From an uncultured Alphaproteobacteria bacterium (lineage in GTDB: Bacteria > Pseudomonadota > Alphaproteobacteria > HIMB59), in assembly GCA_902529795.1 (NCBI GenBank), contig CABZXY010000001.1, forward strand, positions 75,306 through 139,305: a stretch of 64,000 nucleotides of DNA, in the 5' to 3' direction. The position numbers and the translations under genes are program-made. Shown here piece by piece: positions 1 through 8,549 of this stretch. The notes below the pieces were generated by a model. It was not told where the DNA came from, searched no databases, and was given only the letters and a program-made list of their open reading frames with translations. Within the stretch, counting starts at the first letter, position 1, and every line of letters starts with the position of its first letter.

Positions 1-78
1 CATGCTGGAAATATCGCAGAAGAAGTCATTTTTAATATTTCTGGCCAGTACCAAGATATTGAAAAAATAAGGGTCTAG
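1..78 (+). CDS. phoU: 3' end of phosphate signalling protein PhoU (partial)
   Basis: Frame 1 reads HAGNIAEEVIFNISGQYQDIEKIRV*, matching the PhoU C-terminal H-x-x-N-I-A-E motif; lies directly upstream of phoB. Confidence 0.8.
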   Translation, partial: HAGNIAEEVIFNISGQYQDIEKIRV

Positions 79-88
79 TTATTCAATC

Positions 89-781
89 ATGTCTAACGAC
101 AAAGTTTTAATCGTTGAAGATGAAAAGCCTATTTCAGAACTTATTGGCTTTCACCTAGAGTCGCAAAATTATATTACTAAATTTGCTTACGATGGAGAAA
201 CAGCTGTTGAGTTTGTAGAGTCATGGTTGCCTGATCTAGTGGTACTAGATTGGATGCTTCCTAACATCTCGGGCATAGAAGTTTTAAAAAGAATTCGCCG
301 TAAAGATGCCTCTAAAAACATTCCAGTGATTATGCTTACAGCCAAAGGGCAAGAGGATGATAAGGTGCGCGGATTTGAGCTGGGTGTTGATGATTACATT
401 TTAAAACCATTTCTTCCTAGTGAATTATTGGCAAGAGTTAAAGCTTTACTTCGTCGATCAAAAAAAAGAGAAAATGACGATAATTTAATTTTTCAAGATA
501 TCGAGATTAATCTAACTTCTAGAAGAGCAAAACGCCAAGGAAGAAAATTAAATTTGGGACCAACAGAATTTAATCTTTTAAAATTTTTTATTGAAAATAA
601 AGGTCGTGTCTTTTCTCGCCAACAATTATTAGACAATGTATGGCTAAATGATGCTTATGTAGAACCTCGAACGGTTGATGTACACATTCGACGTCTTCGA
701 AAAGAGTTAAATTTATCTGGAGGCAAAGATTTTATTCGCACTGTTCGCTCTGCTGGTTACTCCATCGACTCTGAACTTTAA
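89..781 (+). CDS. phoB: Phosphate regulon response regulator PhoB
   Basis: Receiver domain (LDWMLP) plus OmpR-type wHTH with LGPTEF and VEPRTVDVHIRRLRK; follows phoU. Confidence 0.93.
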   Translation: MSNDKVLIVEDEKPISELIGFHLESQNYITKFAYDGETAVEFVESWLPDLVVLDWMLPNISGIEVLKRIRRKDASKNIPVIMLTAKGQEDDKVRGFELGVDDYILKPFLPSELLARVKALLRRSKKRENDDNLIFQDIEINLTSRRAKRQGRKLNLGPTEFNLLKFFIENKGRVFSRQQLLDNVWLNDAYVEPRTVDVHIRRLRKELNLSGGKDFIRTVRSAGYSIDSEL

Positions 782-1252
782 ATGCAAAAAATTTTAGTTC
801 TCTGCACAGGGAATTCTTGTCGCTCGATTATGTTGGAGGGCGTGATTAATCATTATGGCAATAACCACTTTCGGGCATTCAGCGCAGGGAGCAATCCAGC
901 AGGTTATGTTCATCCCATGAGTATTAAAACTTTGAAAAAATCGGGAATTTTTACATCAGACTATATAAGTCAATCTTGGGATGAATTTAGTGATATGATT
1001 TTTGATTTGGTGATTACAGTTTGTGATAACGCTGCTGGCGAAACATGTCCTGCATATCTAAGCAGTGCTCCTAAGGTTCATTGGGGTGTAGAAGATCCAG
1101 CCAAGTTTGAAGGAAACGAAGAAGAAATTGAAAATGAGTTTCAGCGCATTTTTAAAATTTTCGTGAAACGAACCCAAGCAATGGTTGCAAAATATGAAAA
1201 AGAACAAAAGTTTGATATGCAAAGCTTAACAGAAATTAGTAAATTAATTTAA
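782..1252 (+). CDS. arsC: Arsenate reductase, LMW-PTP/thioredoxin-coupled type
   Basis: CTGNSCRS P-loop, VCDNAAGETCP redox cysteines, HWGVEDPA. Confidence 0.88.
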   Translation: MQKILVLCTGNSCRSIMLEGVINHYGNNHFRAFSAGSNPAGYVHPMSIKTLKKSGIFTSDYISQSWDEFSDMIFDLVITVCDNAAGETCPAYLSSAPKVHWGVEDPAKFEGNEEEIENEFQRIFKIFVKRTQAMVAKYEKEQKFDMQSLTEISKLI

Positions 1253-1285
1253 TTTTCATATTTTTTTCACATGCCTGAGTATAAT
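1253..1285 (+). promoter_or_regulatory. Pho-box-like direct repeat plus -10 element (putative PhoB-activated promoter)
   Basis: TTTTCAT-ATTT-TTTTCAC (1253-1270), 9-bp spacer, perfect TATAAT (1280-1285); same geometry as the plcP promoter. Confidence 0.55.
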
Positions 1286-1291
1286 GTCTTC

Positions 1292-1371
1292 AGGAAGGCT
1301 GGAATGATCTACGTTACTAATTTTACTCCTCCTCTTTGCTATATACACGTTTCAGTCTTCCAAGCCTTTTT
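1292..1371 (+). ncRNA. Candidate small RNA: long hairpin, CUCCUCCUCU loop, U-tail
   Basis: AAGGC/GCCTT, TGGAA/TTCCA, TGA/TCA and ACGT/ACGT pairings enclose CTCCTCCTCT (1326-1335); ends in T5; starts about 7 nt after the TATAAT. Confidence 0.5.
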
Positions 1372-1422
1372 ATGAAAACTATTCATCGTAATTTTATTAA
1401 AGATATAAAGGATTTGTGGAAG

Positions 1423-2070
1423 TTAAGATTTTTTCTCAAATATTTGCATATAGACACTATAGGCAATTCCCAGCCCAAGGGCTTGAGATCCTATGAAGAA
1501 GAGAATAGTAGAGGGATGAATACCGGTAAAGGACTCTGTTAGCATTCTTGCAATAGTAACAGCGGGGTTCGCAAAACTTGTTGAAGAGGTAAAGATGAGT
1601 GCAGCACAAATGTATATTCCCACGTTGAAAGCCACAATATTTTTCCCATCTGCTCTTGATAGTAAAATGACCATGAGCAATCCAAAAGTGGCGAAGATCT
1701 CTGAGATATAAATATTAGTTCCACTTCTAACATTGGAAGAGATTTCAACTATATCAAGTCCAAAAAGAAAGTTAGCAAACATCGCGCCTAAGATGGCGGC
1801 TACACATTGAATGACTATAAAGATGATTAAATCCTTGGAGGATAATTCCCCTTTAAAAAAAAACATTAAAGAGACAATCGGATTAAAATGAGCGCCAGAG
1901 TAGTTTGCAAATATGCGAATTAAAAAGATTAAGGTAAATCCAATGACCACCGCATGACTGAAAAGAATAACCATTTGATCATTAGTATACTGTTGACCAG
2001 CAATCCCTGAACCAACAATGCTCAATAGCAGGATAAAGGTGCCTAGAAATTCAGAGACGTACTTTTGCAT
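1423..2070 (-). CDS. MIP-family channel (AqpS-like aquaporin, likely arsenite channel)
   Basis: SGAHFNPIVS and STSFANPAVTIAR motifs, about 6 TM segments; next to arsC. Confidence 0.85.
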   Translation of the reverse strand: MQKYVSEFLGTFILLLSIVGSGIAGQQYTNDQMVILFSHAVVIGFTLIFLIRIFANYSGAHFNPIVSLMFFFKGELSSKDLIIFIVIQCVAAILGAMFANFLFGLDIVEISSNVRSGTNIYISEIFATFGLLMVILLSRADGKNIVAFNVGIYICAALIFTSSTSFANPAVTIARMLTESFTGIHPSTILFFIGSQALGLGIAYSVYMQIFEKKS

Positions 2071-2083
2071 TACTAACCTGCCA

Positions 2084-2128
2084 CTTTAATATAATTTTCA
2101 CAAATATATTATGAATTTTTAGTGACAT
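2084..2128. promoter_or_regulatory. Pho-box-like repeats upstream of the aquaporin
   Basis: + strand CTTTAAT-ATAA-TTTTCAC (2084-2101); - strand ATGTCAC-TAAA-AATTCAT (2128-2111). Confidence 0.35.
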
Positions 2129-2197
2129 ACCTCGATGTCTTCTCTAGTTCTCAAAAAGCAAAGACTCTTGTATTAAAAAAACGTCTTCACGGGAATG

Positions 2198-2557
2198 TCA
2201 GTTTAAAAATAATTTACTAATATCTATTAAAACCACTACACTATAGGCAACTAAGGCTAAAAAAATTGCAGCAGAACCTAGATCTTTGGCTTTTTTGATT
2301 TTATTTGAACTATCCATTGTGATTTTATCGCAGGTGTATTCAATTCCTGTATTAAGAGCCTCAATACTTAAAATTAATAAAGGTAACACTATAAGCCAAA
2401 TGATCATGTTCAAATCAGGTTGCATTAAAAAAATATATAGTGCTGAAAAGATAACTAGTAGGAGTTCTCGTCTCGCAGCTTTTTCTTCAAATAAAATTTT
2501 TAATCCATCAATAGAACACCAAAAAGCATCGAGGATATTTTTATTTTTGTGATCCAT
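2198..2557 (-). CDS. dgkA: Diacylglycerol kinase (prokaryotic DgkA family)
   Basis: EKAARRE, EALNTGIEYTCD, KKAKDLGSAA motifs; 3 TM segments. Confidence 0.88.
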   Translation of the reverse strand: MDHKNKNILDAFWCSIDGLKILFEEKAARRELLLVIFSALYIFLMQPDLNMIIWLIVLPLLILSIEALNTGIEYTCDKITMDSSNKIKKAKDLGSAAIFLALVAYSVVVLIDISKLFLN

Positions 2558-2563
2558 TTTTAT

Positions 2564-2989
2564 CTAATAAATACGTTTAATTCTTGCTGGGCGATAGTTT
2601 TGAAAATCTATTTCATCTAGCCGTGAGTAAAATGTGCTCACTTTCTTTTGGTGATCATCCAGTTTGATGGTAATGGAGTCTTTGAGGACTGCTATTTCTT
2701 CTTTTAATGAAAGGATCTCACTTTGAAATGAATGCAGCTCAGGTTCGACATTCAGTCCATTAAATTGTTTATTGATTTGTTGTACATTTAAATCGTTTTG
2801 AAAAATTTGAGCATACTGTTTCACTTGATCCTTAATTTTTAAAACTGTTTTTTCAAAAAGATTAAGTTTTTTTTCAATCCTTTTTATTTTCTTTTCTTGT
2901 TCTAGTTGACGTTTTTTTAATTTTTTGCCGAGAATAATCTGAGGAGCGATGGATTTCTTTACAATAGATTTTAGCGAATCTTTGTTCAA
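2564..2989 (-). CDS. Hypothetical coiled-coil protein
   Basis: 141-aa ORF packed co-directionally between the SET gene and dgkA; heptad-rich; TTG start. Confidence 0.6.
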   Translation of the reverse strand: MNKDSLKSIVKKSIAPQIILGKKLKKRQLEQEKKIKRIEKKLNLFEKTVLKIKDQVKQYAQIFQNDLNVQQINKQFNGLNVEPELHSFQSEILSLKEEIAVLKDSITIKLDDHQKKVSTFYSRLDEIDFQNYRPARIKRIY

Positions 2990-3038
2990 ATCTACTATTA
3001 TTGTAAAGGAAAATATTCAGCGAAGTATGAAAATTTTG

Positions 3039-3542
3039 TTAAATTATTTTTTCTTTTTTATCTCTAAGTTTTTTTTCTACTCGCCAACGTAAATTACTGC
3101 GTACAATATAACCAATGCAGTTTTTGGAGCCACATCGACAGGGATGGTCCTCAAAACAATCCATGTCATATCCGTAGTCATAGGTCAATTCCTCGCCTTT
3201 TTTAATATTTTTAATAGCATTAATCCAAATCTTACCCCGCACAATATCGGTCTCACAATTGGGATCGCAGGAATGGTTGATATATTTGGCTAAATTCCAT
3301 GCTACTTTTCCATTGATATCGTAACGCTCATTTAGAGTGAAAATATATACAGCACCGACTGTGCCCTGCTTTTTGTTGGCAGCAATGTGAACATCAGCGA
3401 TTTTATTGGACTGCGCTTTGGTGACTTTTAAGCCTCGATATTCAATAATTCTAGCACCAGGCTCAATATTAGATTTAGCGAAAAGTCCGCTGGCATGAAT
3501 TTTGGAGTTCTTGCGAACATATAGTTTTTGATCTTTTGCCAT
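3039..3542 (-). CDS. SET-domain protein-lysine methyltransferase with post-SET motif
   Basis: GLFA, KYINHSCDPNC, GEELTYDYG and CRCGSKNC. Confidence 0.92.
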   Translation of the reverse strand: MAKDQKLYVRKNSKIHASGLFAKSNIEPGARIIEYRGLKVTKAQSNKIADVHIAANKKQGTVGAVYIFTLNERYDINGKVAWNLAKYINHSCDPNCETDIVRGKIWINAIKNIKKGEELTYDYGYDMDCFEDHPCRCGSKNCIGYIVRSNLRWRVEKKLRDKKEKII

Positions 3543-3573
3543 TTAATAAAACTTTAACATGTTCCTTTATACT
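3541..3573 (+). promoter_or_regulatory. Pho box plus -10 element of plcP-agt
   Basis: ATTTAAT-AAAA-CTTTAAC (3541-3558), 9-bp spacer, TATACT (3568-3573); plcP is a known Pho regulon member. Confidence 0.7.
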
Positions 3574-3587
3574 CTCGGTAAGAATCT

Positions 3588-4376
3588 ATGGAAGTTACCA
3601 AGCATCGTTCAATCTTTATTTCAGACGTGCATATTGGCATACGTGCTTCAAAAGTAAAGGAGCTCTTACATTTCTTAAAATATAATGACTGCGAACATCT
3701 CTACCTACTTGGAGATATTATTGACGGTTGGCGTTTGAAAAAAAATTGGTTTTGGAATCCTGACTTTAATACTTTTATACAAAAAGTTTTGCGAAAAGCG
3801 CGCTCAGGTACCAAAGTCTATTATATACCAGGAAACCATGATGAAGTTTTTTCAGATTATTGTGGTTTTTCATTTGCAAATATTAAAGTTCGAAAAAATA
3901 GAATTCATACAACAGCGAACAATAAAAGACTTCTATTAATGCATGGGCATGAATTTGACGGAATAGTTCTAAATTCAAAATGGTTAGCGAAGTTAGGTGC
4001 CGCCCTTTATGAATACTCTGTTTGGTTTAATAATATTTTAAACTTCTGTCGAAGAAAGCTCGGTCTTTCCTATTGGTCCTTATCAGGATATTTAAAGACA
4101 AGGGTAAAAGATGCTCAACGATTTATTGAAAATTTTGAAAATGCATGTCTTGAGAGAATTAAAAAAAATAATTGTGACGGAATTGTTTGCGGTCATATTC
4201 ATCATCCACAAATTAAACAAATTGGTGATAAGACATACCATAATTTAGGAGATTGGGTGGATAGTTGTAGTGCGATGGTTGAAGATTTTAGCGGTAAATT
4301 AGAATTAGTTTTTTGGGATGAAAAAAAAATTCAATCCATAGAAAAAGAAATAGTTCAAAAGGTATCTGTAGCTTGA
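3588..4376 (+). CDS. plcP: Phospholipase C PlcP (LpxH-like metallophosphoesterase, lipid remodelling)
   Basis: SDVHIG, GDIIDGW, PGNHDE, HGHEFD, CGHIH, GDWVDSC motifs; upstream Pho box; coupled to a GT4 glycosyltransferase. Confidence 0.8.
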   Translation: MEVTKHRSIFISDVHIGIRASKVKELLHFLKYNDCEHLYLLGDIIDGWRLKKNWFWNPDFNTFIQKVLRKARSGTKVYYIPGNHDEVFSDYCGFSFANIKVRKNRIHTTANNKRLLLMHGHEFDGIVLNSKWLAKLGAALYEYSVWFNNILNFCRRKLGLSYWSLSGYLKTRVKDAQRFIENFENACLERIKKNNCDGIVCGHIHHPQIKQIGDKTYHNLGDWVDSCSAMVEDFSGKLELVFWDEKKIQSIEKEIVQKVSVA

Positions 4377-5365
4377 AATTATTATTAGTCACAGATGCTT
4401 GGAAACCTCAAGTCAATGGTGTGGTTCGTTCATATTTAAATACAATCCCTGAGTTAGAAAAAATGGGTATGCAGGTAGAAGTAATACACCCTGAGTTATT
4501 TAAAGTTCGCTTTGGCCTTCCTTCGTATAATGAGATTAAAGTTGTGATTACTCGCAAAAAAACATTAAAAAATATGATGGATCAAATAAATCCTGATCAT
4601 ATTCACATTGCTACAGAGGGACCTTTAGGTTTTTTGGCCAGAAAAATTTGCCTCGCTGAAAAAAAGGTATTTTCAACCTCATTTCACACCCGGTTTCCTG
4701 AGTACATCCAGCAACGCACAAAAATTCCTGCGAGTTTTTTTTATTTCTTCATAAAGCATTTTCACAATAAAGCGAAAAAAGTTTTGGTTCCTACTCCATC
4801 AATGCAAGCTGAGCTAATCAAAATGAAATTTAAAAATACCGTGGTCTGGTCAAGAGGGGTTAATCATGAAAAGTTTGGTCATTATGAAAAATTGGACCTA
4901 GGACCAGGCCCAATATTTTCTTATATCGGCAGAGTGGCTACTGAAAAAAATATTCAAGCTTTTTTAGATTTAGATTTAGATGGCACTAAAGTTGTCGTTG
5001 GCGATGGACCACAGTTAAATAAACTGAAAAAAAAATACACAGAAGTAAAATTTGTTGGTTACCAGTTTGGCCAGGATTTAGTGAATTATTATGCTAGTTC
5101 AGATGTAATGGTTTTCCCTAGCAAGACTGACACCTTTGGAAACGTAGTAACTGAAGCAAATGCAACCGGTACACCAGTTGCTGCTTACGATGTAACAGGT
5201 CCTAAAGATATTATTGTTAATGGGATTAACGGTTTTATTGGCGATAATTTAAAAGAAAATGTTTTGAATTGTTTGACTATTGATCGAAAAAAATGTCAAG
5301 AATATACAAAAAAATTTAACTGGTATGATTGTTCTAAGGTTTTTTATGATAATATTGTGGCTTGA
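4373..5365 (+). CDS. agt: GT4 glycosyltransferase, Agt-like (glucosyl/glucuronosyl-diacylglycerol synthase)
   Basis: TDAWKPQVNGVV, HIATEGPLG, SFHTRFPEY, FPSKTDTFGNV; overlaps the plcP stop. Confidence 0.75.
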   Translation: MKLLLVTDAWKPQVNGVVRSYLNTIPELEKMGMQVEVIHPELFKVRFGLPSYNEIKVVITRKKTLKNMMDQINPDHIHIATEGPLGFLARKICLAEKKVFSTSFHTRFPEYIQQRTKIPASFFYFFIKHFHNKAKKVLVPTPSMQAELIKMKFKNTVVWSRGVNHEKFGHYEKLDLGPGPIFSYIGRVATEKNIQAFLDLDLDGTKVVVGDGPQLNKLKKKYTEVKFVGYQFGQDLVNYYASSDVMVFPSKTDTFGNVVTEANATGTPVAAYDVTGPKDIIVNGINGFIGDNLKENVLNCLTIDRKKCQEYTKKFNWYDCSKVFYDNIVA

Positions 5366-5841
5366 ACTTTACACATACTCTATCTGATTCTAAAAATTGG
5401 ATTATCAATCATAAAGATCAACTAGAGATTAATTGGAGTGAAAAAGATATTGAGCTTCACCTCAACAAAGAAACCAGTTTTAACTTTTATCTTCTAGATC
5501 AAACTAACGTCAAAGGTGCTTTGATAGGACATTTTTTATATCAAGATCAAAAGGTCAGTGAATTTGAAATTTTACACATTGCAGTTTTGCCTGAATTTAG
5601 AAACCAAGGGTTGGGAAGAATGATCTTAGTAGAGCTTGAAAAACAACTCAAAAGTACCGGAAAATCAGTCAAAATCTTTCTGGAGGCGAGTGCAATTAAT
5701 AAATTTGCTATTAAACTTTATGAAAAATTAGGCTATAAAGCCTACAATGAAAGAAAAAACTACTATGGGAGCAATCCTATAAACCCTTCTTCTTTGCAAG
5801 ACGCAATACTGTTTGCAAAAACTCTTAATGCCAGAACCTAA
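5362..5841 (+). CDS. rimI: RimI-like GNAT N-acetyltransferase
   Basis: EILHIAV..FRNQGLG, LEASAINKFAIKLYEKLGY, RKNYY; upstream of miaB. Confidence 0.7.
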   Translation: MNFTHTLSDSKNWIINHKDQLEINWSEKDIELHLNKETSFNFYLLDQTNVKGALIGHFLYQDQKVSEFEILHIAVLPEFRNQGLGRMILVELEKQLKSTGKSVKIFLEASAINKFAIKLYEKLGYKAYNERKNYYGSNPINPSSLQDAILFAKTLNART

Positions 5842-7141
5842 AAATTTCTTTATTAAAACTTTCGGTTGTCAGATGAATGTCTATGACTCTGATAAAATGA
5901 AAGATATTTTTCTTGCTAATAACATTCAACCAACTGAAGACTCTTTTAATGCAGATTATATTGTGTTCAACACCTGTCATATCCGAGAAAAAGCTACAGA
6001 AAAAACTTTTTCTGATTTAGGTAAAATTCATAAAAAAGGAAAAAAAGATCAAAAAGTTATAGTGGCGGGCTGTGTTGCCCAAGCAGAGGGAGAGCTCATT
6101 CAAAAACGAGCACCGTATGTTGATTTAGTGATTGGCCCCCAGTCTATTCAATCACTCAATACGTTTTTAAAAAAAGAGGATATTTCCAAAGCAGCTATCA
6201 CCGAATTTGATGCCATTGAAAAATTCGACACTCTTAACTTAATCAAAAGAAACCATAACAGTAAATCTGCTTTTGTAACAATTCAAGAAGGGTGTGATAA
6301 GTTTTGTCATTTCTGTGTAGTGCCTTATACAAGAGGAGCAGAGTATTCTCGAAGTGTTTATGAATTAGCGGATGAAGTAAAAGCCCTCGTTGACTTGGGT
6401 GTCGTAGAGTTCACTTTATTAGGTCAAAATGTGAATGCTTATCACGGCGCTGACGCAACTGGCCAACCACATACTCTAGCTTCGTTGATTAACACAATCT
6501 CAGAAATCGGAGGCGTAGAGCGTATTACGTATTCAACGAGTCATCCTATTAATATGACTGATGATTTGATTCAATTACATGGAAGCAATGATAAACTTAT
6601 GCCATATCTGCATTTACCTGTTCAATCAGGATCTGATAATGTTTTAAAGTTAATGAACCGCAAACATACTCGCGATTATTACTTTGAAATTATTGAAAAA
6701 GTCAGGAAGGCAAAGCCTGATATTGCTCTATCTTCTGATTTTATCATTGGTTTTCCTGGAGAAACCGATCAAGACTTTGAGGATACTTTAGACCTTATTC
6801 AAAGAGTTAAATACATGAATTCTTATTCTTTTAAATATAGTCCTCGACCTGGAACTCCTGCTGCAAATAAAGAGCTTATTAGTGATGAGATTTTGGATGA
6901 ACGTTTAGCGCGCACTCAGGCATTATTGAATGAACAACAAATGGAATACAATAAAAAATTTATTCAAAAGACTGTTCAAGTTTTAATTGATGGTGCGGGT
7001 AAACATGAGGGTCAAGTTAAAGGTAAGTCGGAATTTAATCAAAGTGTGGCTCTTCAAGGAGAAAAGCAAATCATTGGACAGATTATCCCTGTACAAATTA
7101 AAGAAGTGCTTACCCATTCTTTATTAGGAGAGAGAGCTTAA
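5828..7141 (+). CDS. miaB: tRNA methylthiotransferase MiaB
   Basis: TFGCQMNVYDS, NTCHIREKA, radical SAM motif CDKFCHFC, C-terminal TRAM; ATG at 5828 preferred over TTG at 5813. Confidence 0.95.
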   Translation: MPEPKNFFIKTFGCQMNVYDSDKMKDIFLANNIQPTEDSFNADYIVFNTCHIREKATEKTFSDLGKIHKKGKKDQKVIVAGCVAQAEGELIQKRAPYVDLVIGPQSIQSLNTFLKKEDISKAAITEFDAIEKFDTLNLIKRNHNSKSAFVTIQEGCDKFCHFCVVPYTRGAEYSRSVYELADEVKALVDLGVVEFTLLGQNVNAYHGADATGQPHTLASLINTISEIGGVERITYSTSHPINMTDDLIQLHGSNDKLMPYLHLPVQSGSDNVLKLMNRKHTRDYYFEIIEKVRKAKPDIALSSDFIIGFPGETDQDFEDTLDLIQRVKYMNSYSFKYSPRPGTPAANKELISDEILDERLARTQALLNEQQMEYNKKFIQKTVQVLIDGAGKHEGQVKGKSEFNQSVALQGEKQIIGQIIPVQIKEVLTHSLLGERA

Positions 7142-8097
7142 TGGCTACTTCAAGCATTGCACTTCATCAAAAAAAATTAGAGTTTGAAGACAATCAATTT
7201 CTTTCTAGTTTATTTGGCTACCACGATAAGAACCTCAAAGTTTTAGAAGATAAGTTTAAAGTTAAGTTATACAGTCGAGGTAACTTACTTTCGATTAAAG
7301 GAAATCGAGATCCTGTAGAAAAAGCATACTTTATTATCCAAGGTCTATATCAAAAATTAAAAAACAAAGATATTACTCCTGAAGAAATTGAAAATAATAT
7401 CGATCTAGCAAAGCCCTCTTATATTAAAGAACAAATTGAACAAGATCAGAAGTTTCAAATTACCACTAAATTAAAAACGATTTATCCAAAAACTAAGAAC
7501 CAAGAAATTTTTCTTAAACAAATGAGAACAAAAGATATAGTTTTTGCTGTTGGACCTGCGGGAACAGGAAAAACTTACATGGCTGTTGCGTATGCCGTGA
7601 GTTTATTTGTCGAAGGAAAGATTAATCGTCTTATTCTATCGAGACCAGCTGTAGAGGCAGGAGAACGATTAGGATTTTTGCCTGGTGATATGAAAGAAAA
7701 AATTGACCCTTATTTAAGACCACTTTATGACGCTCTGTATGAGATGATGCCCGGAGAAGAAATTGATCGAAAAATGGTCAATAATTTAATTGAAATTGCG
7801 CCATTGGCTTTTATGAGAGGCCGCACTTTGAATAAATCTTTTATTATCTTAGATGAAGCACAAAATACTTTATCGACTCAAATGAAAATGTTTTTAACAA
7901 GATTAGGTCAAGATTCAAAAATGGTTATTACGGGTGACTTAAGTCAAAAAGATTTACCTGATAATGCGAAAAGTGGAATGCAGGATGCAATGGAAAAATT
8001 AGAAAAAGTCAAAGATATCGGATTTGTCCATTTAAATAGTAGTGATGTTTGTCGTCACAGTTTAGTTGAGAAAATAATAAACGCTTACGATAAGTAA
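7141..8097 (+). CDS. phoH: PhoH-like ATPase (YbeZ type)
   Basis: GPAGTGKT, RPAVEAGERLGFLPG, AFMRGRTL, DEAQN. Confidence 0.92.
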   Translation: MATSSIALHQKKLEFEDNQFLSSLFGYHDKNLKVLEDKFKVKLYSRGNLLSIKGNRDPVEKAYFIIQGLYQKLKNKDITPEEIENNIDLAKPSYIKEQIEQDQKFQITTKLKTIYPKTKNQEIFLKQMRTKDIVFAVGPAGTGKTYMAVAYAVSLFVEGKINRLILSRPAVEAGERLGFLPGDMKEKIDPYLRPLYDALYEMMPGEEIDRKMVNNLIEIAPLAFMRGRTLNKSFIILDEAQNTLSTQMKMFLTRLGQDSKMVITGDLSQKDLPDNAKSGMQDAMEKLEKVKDIGFVHLNSSDVCRHSLVEKIINAYDK

Positions 8098-8099
8098 TT

Positions 8100-8549
8100 T
8101 TGAAAATTAAAAACAAAAAATTTGTAATTGAATTTATTGGCGATACTCAACTTAAAAAATTTTTGCGAGCTTCTAAAAATCGTCTTAAAAAATTATCTGA
8201 ATACTTTCAAATTTTGCATCAAAATGAATACCAAACGATGATTACAATAAAAATTATTTCAAATGAGGAAATAAAAATTTTGAATAAAAAATTCAGAAAA
8301 AAGAATAAAGTAACCGATGTTCTTTCTTTTCCTGATGAACATGCTTCTGGCGATATTGCAATCGCGGATAGTTATATTTTGAATAAAAATCAAACAATTA
8401 ATGCTCAGAATTTTTTTATGTTAGTGGGCCACGGCCTTTTACATCTTTTTGGTTATACTCATTATGATAAACAATCTCGTTCAAATATGAGATTTTTAGA
8501 GAATACATTTATGTTAATGTTAGGATTAAAAAAAGTTCATGAAGATTAA
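8100..8549 (+). CDS. ybeY: rRNA maturation endoribonuclease YbeY
   Basis: TDVLSFP and HGLLHLFGYTH. Confidence 0.88.
   Translation: MKIKNKKFVIEFIGDTQLKKFLRASKNRLKKLSEYFQILHQNEYQTMITIKIISNEEIKILNKKFRKKNKVTDVLSFPDEHASGDIAIADSYILNKNQTINAQNFFMLVGHGLLHLFGYTHYDKQSRSNMRFLENTFMLMLGLKKVHED

Noticed and set aside
1336-1542. 68-aa + strand ORF downstream of the Pho-box promoter
   Set aside because: TTG start preceded by an anti-SD rather than an SD, crosses the hairpin U-tail, overlaps the aquaporin antisense, no recognisable motif
7141-8097. phoH as part of the phosphate island
   Set aside because: Sits in the housekeeping miaB-phoH-ybeY-corC-lnt operon (YbeZ type); no Pho box seen
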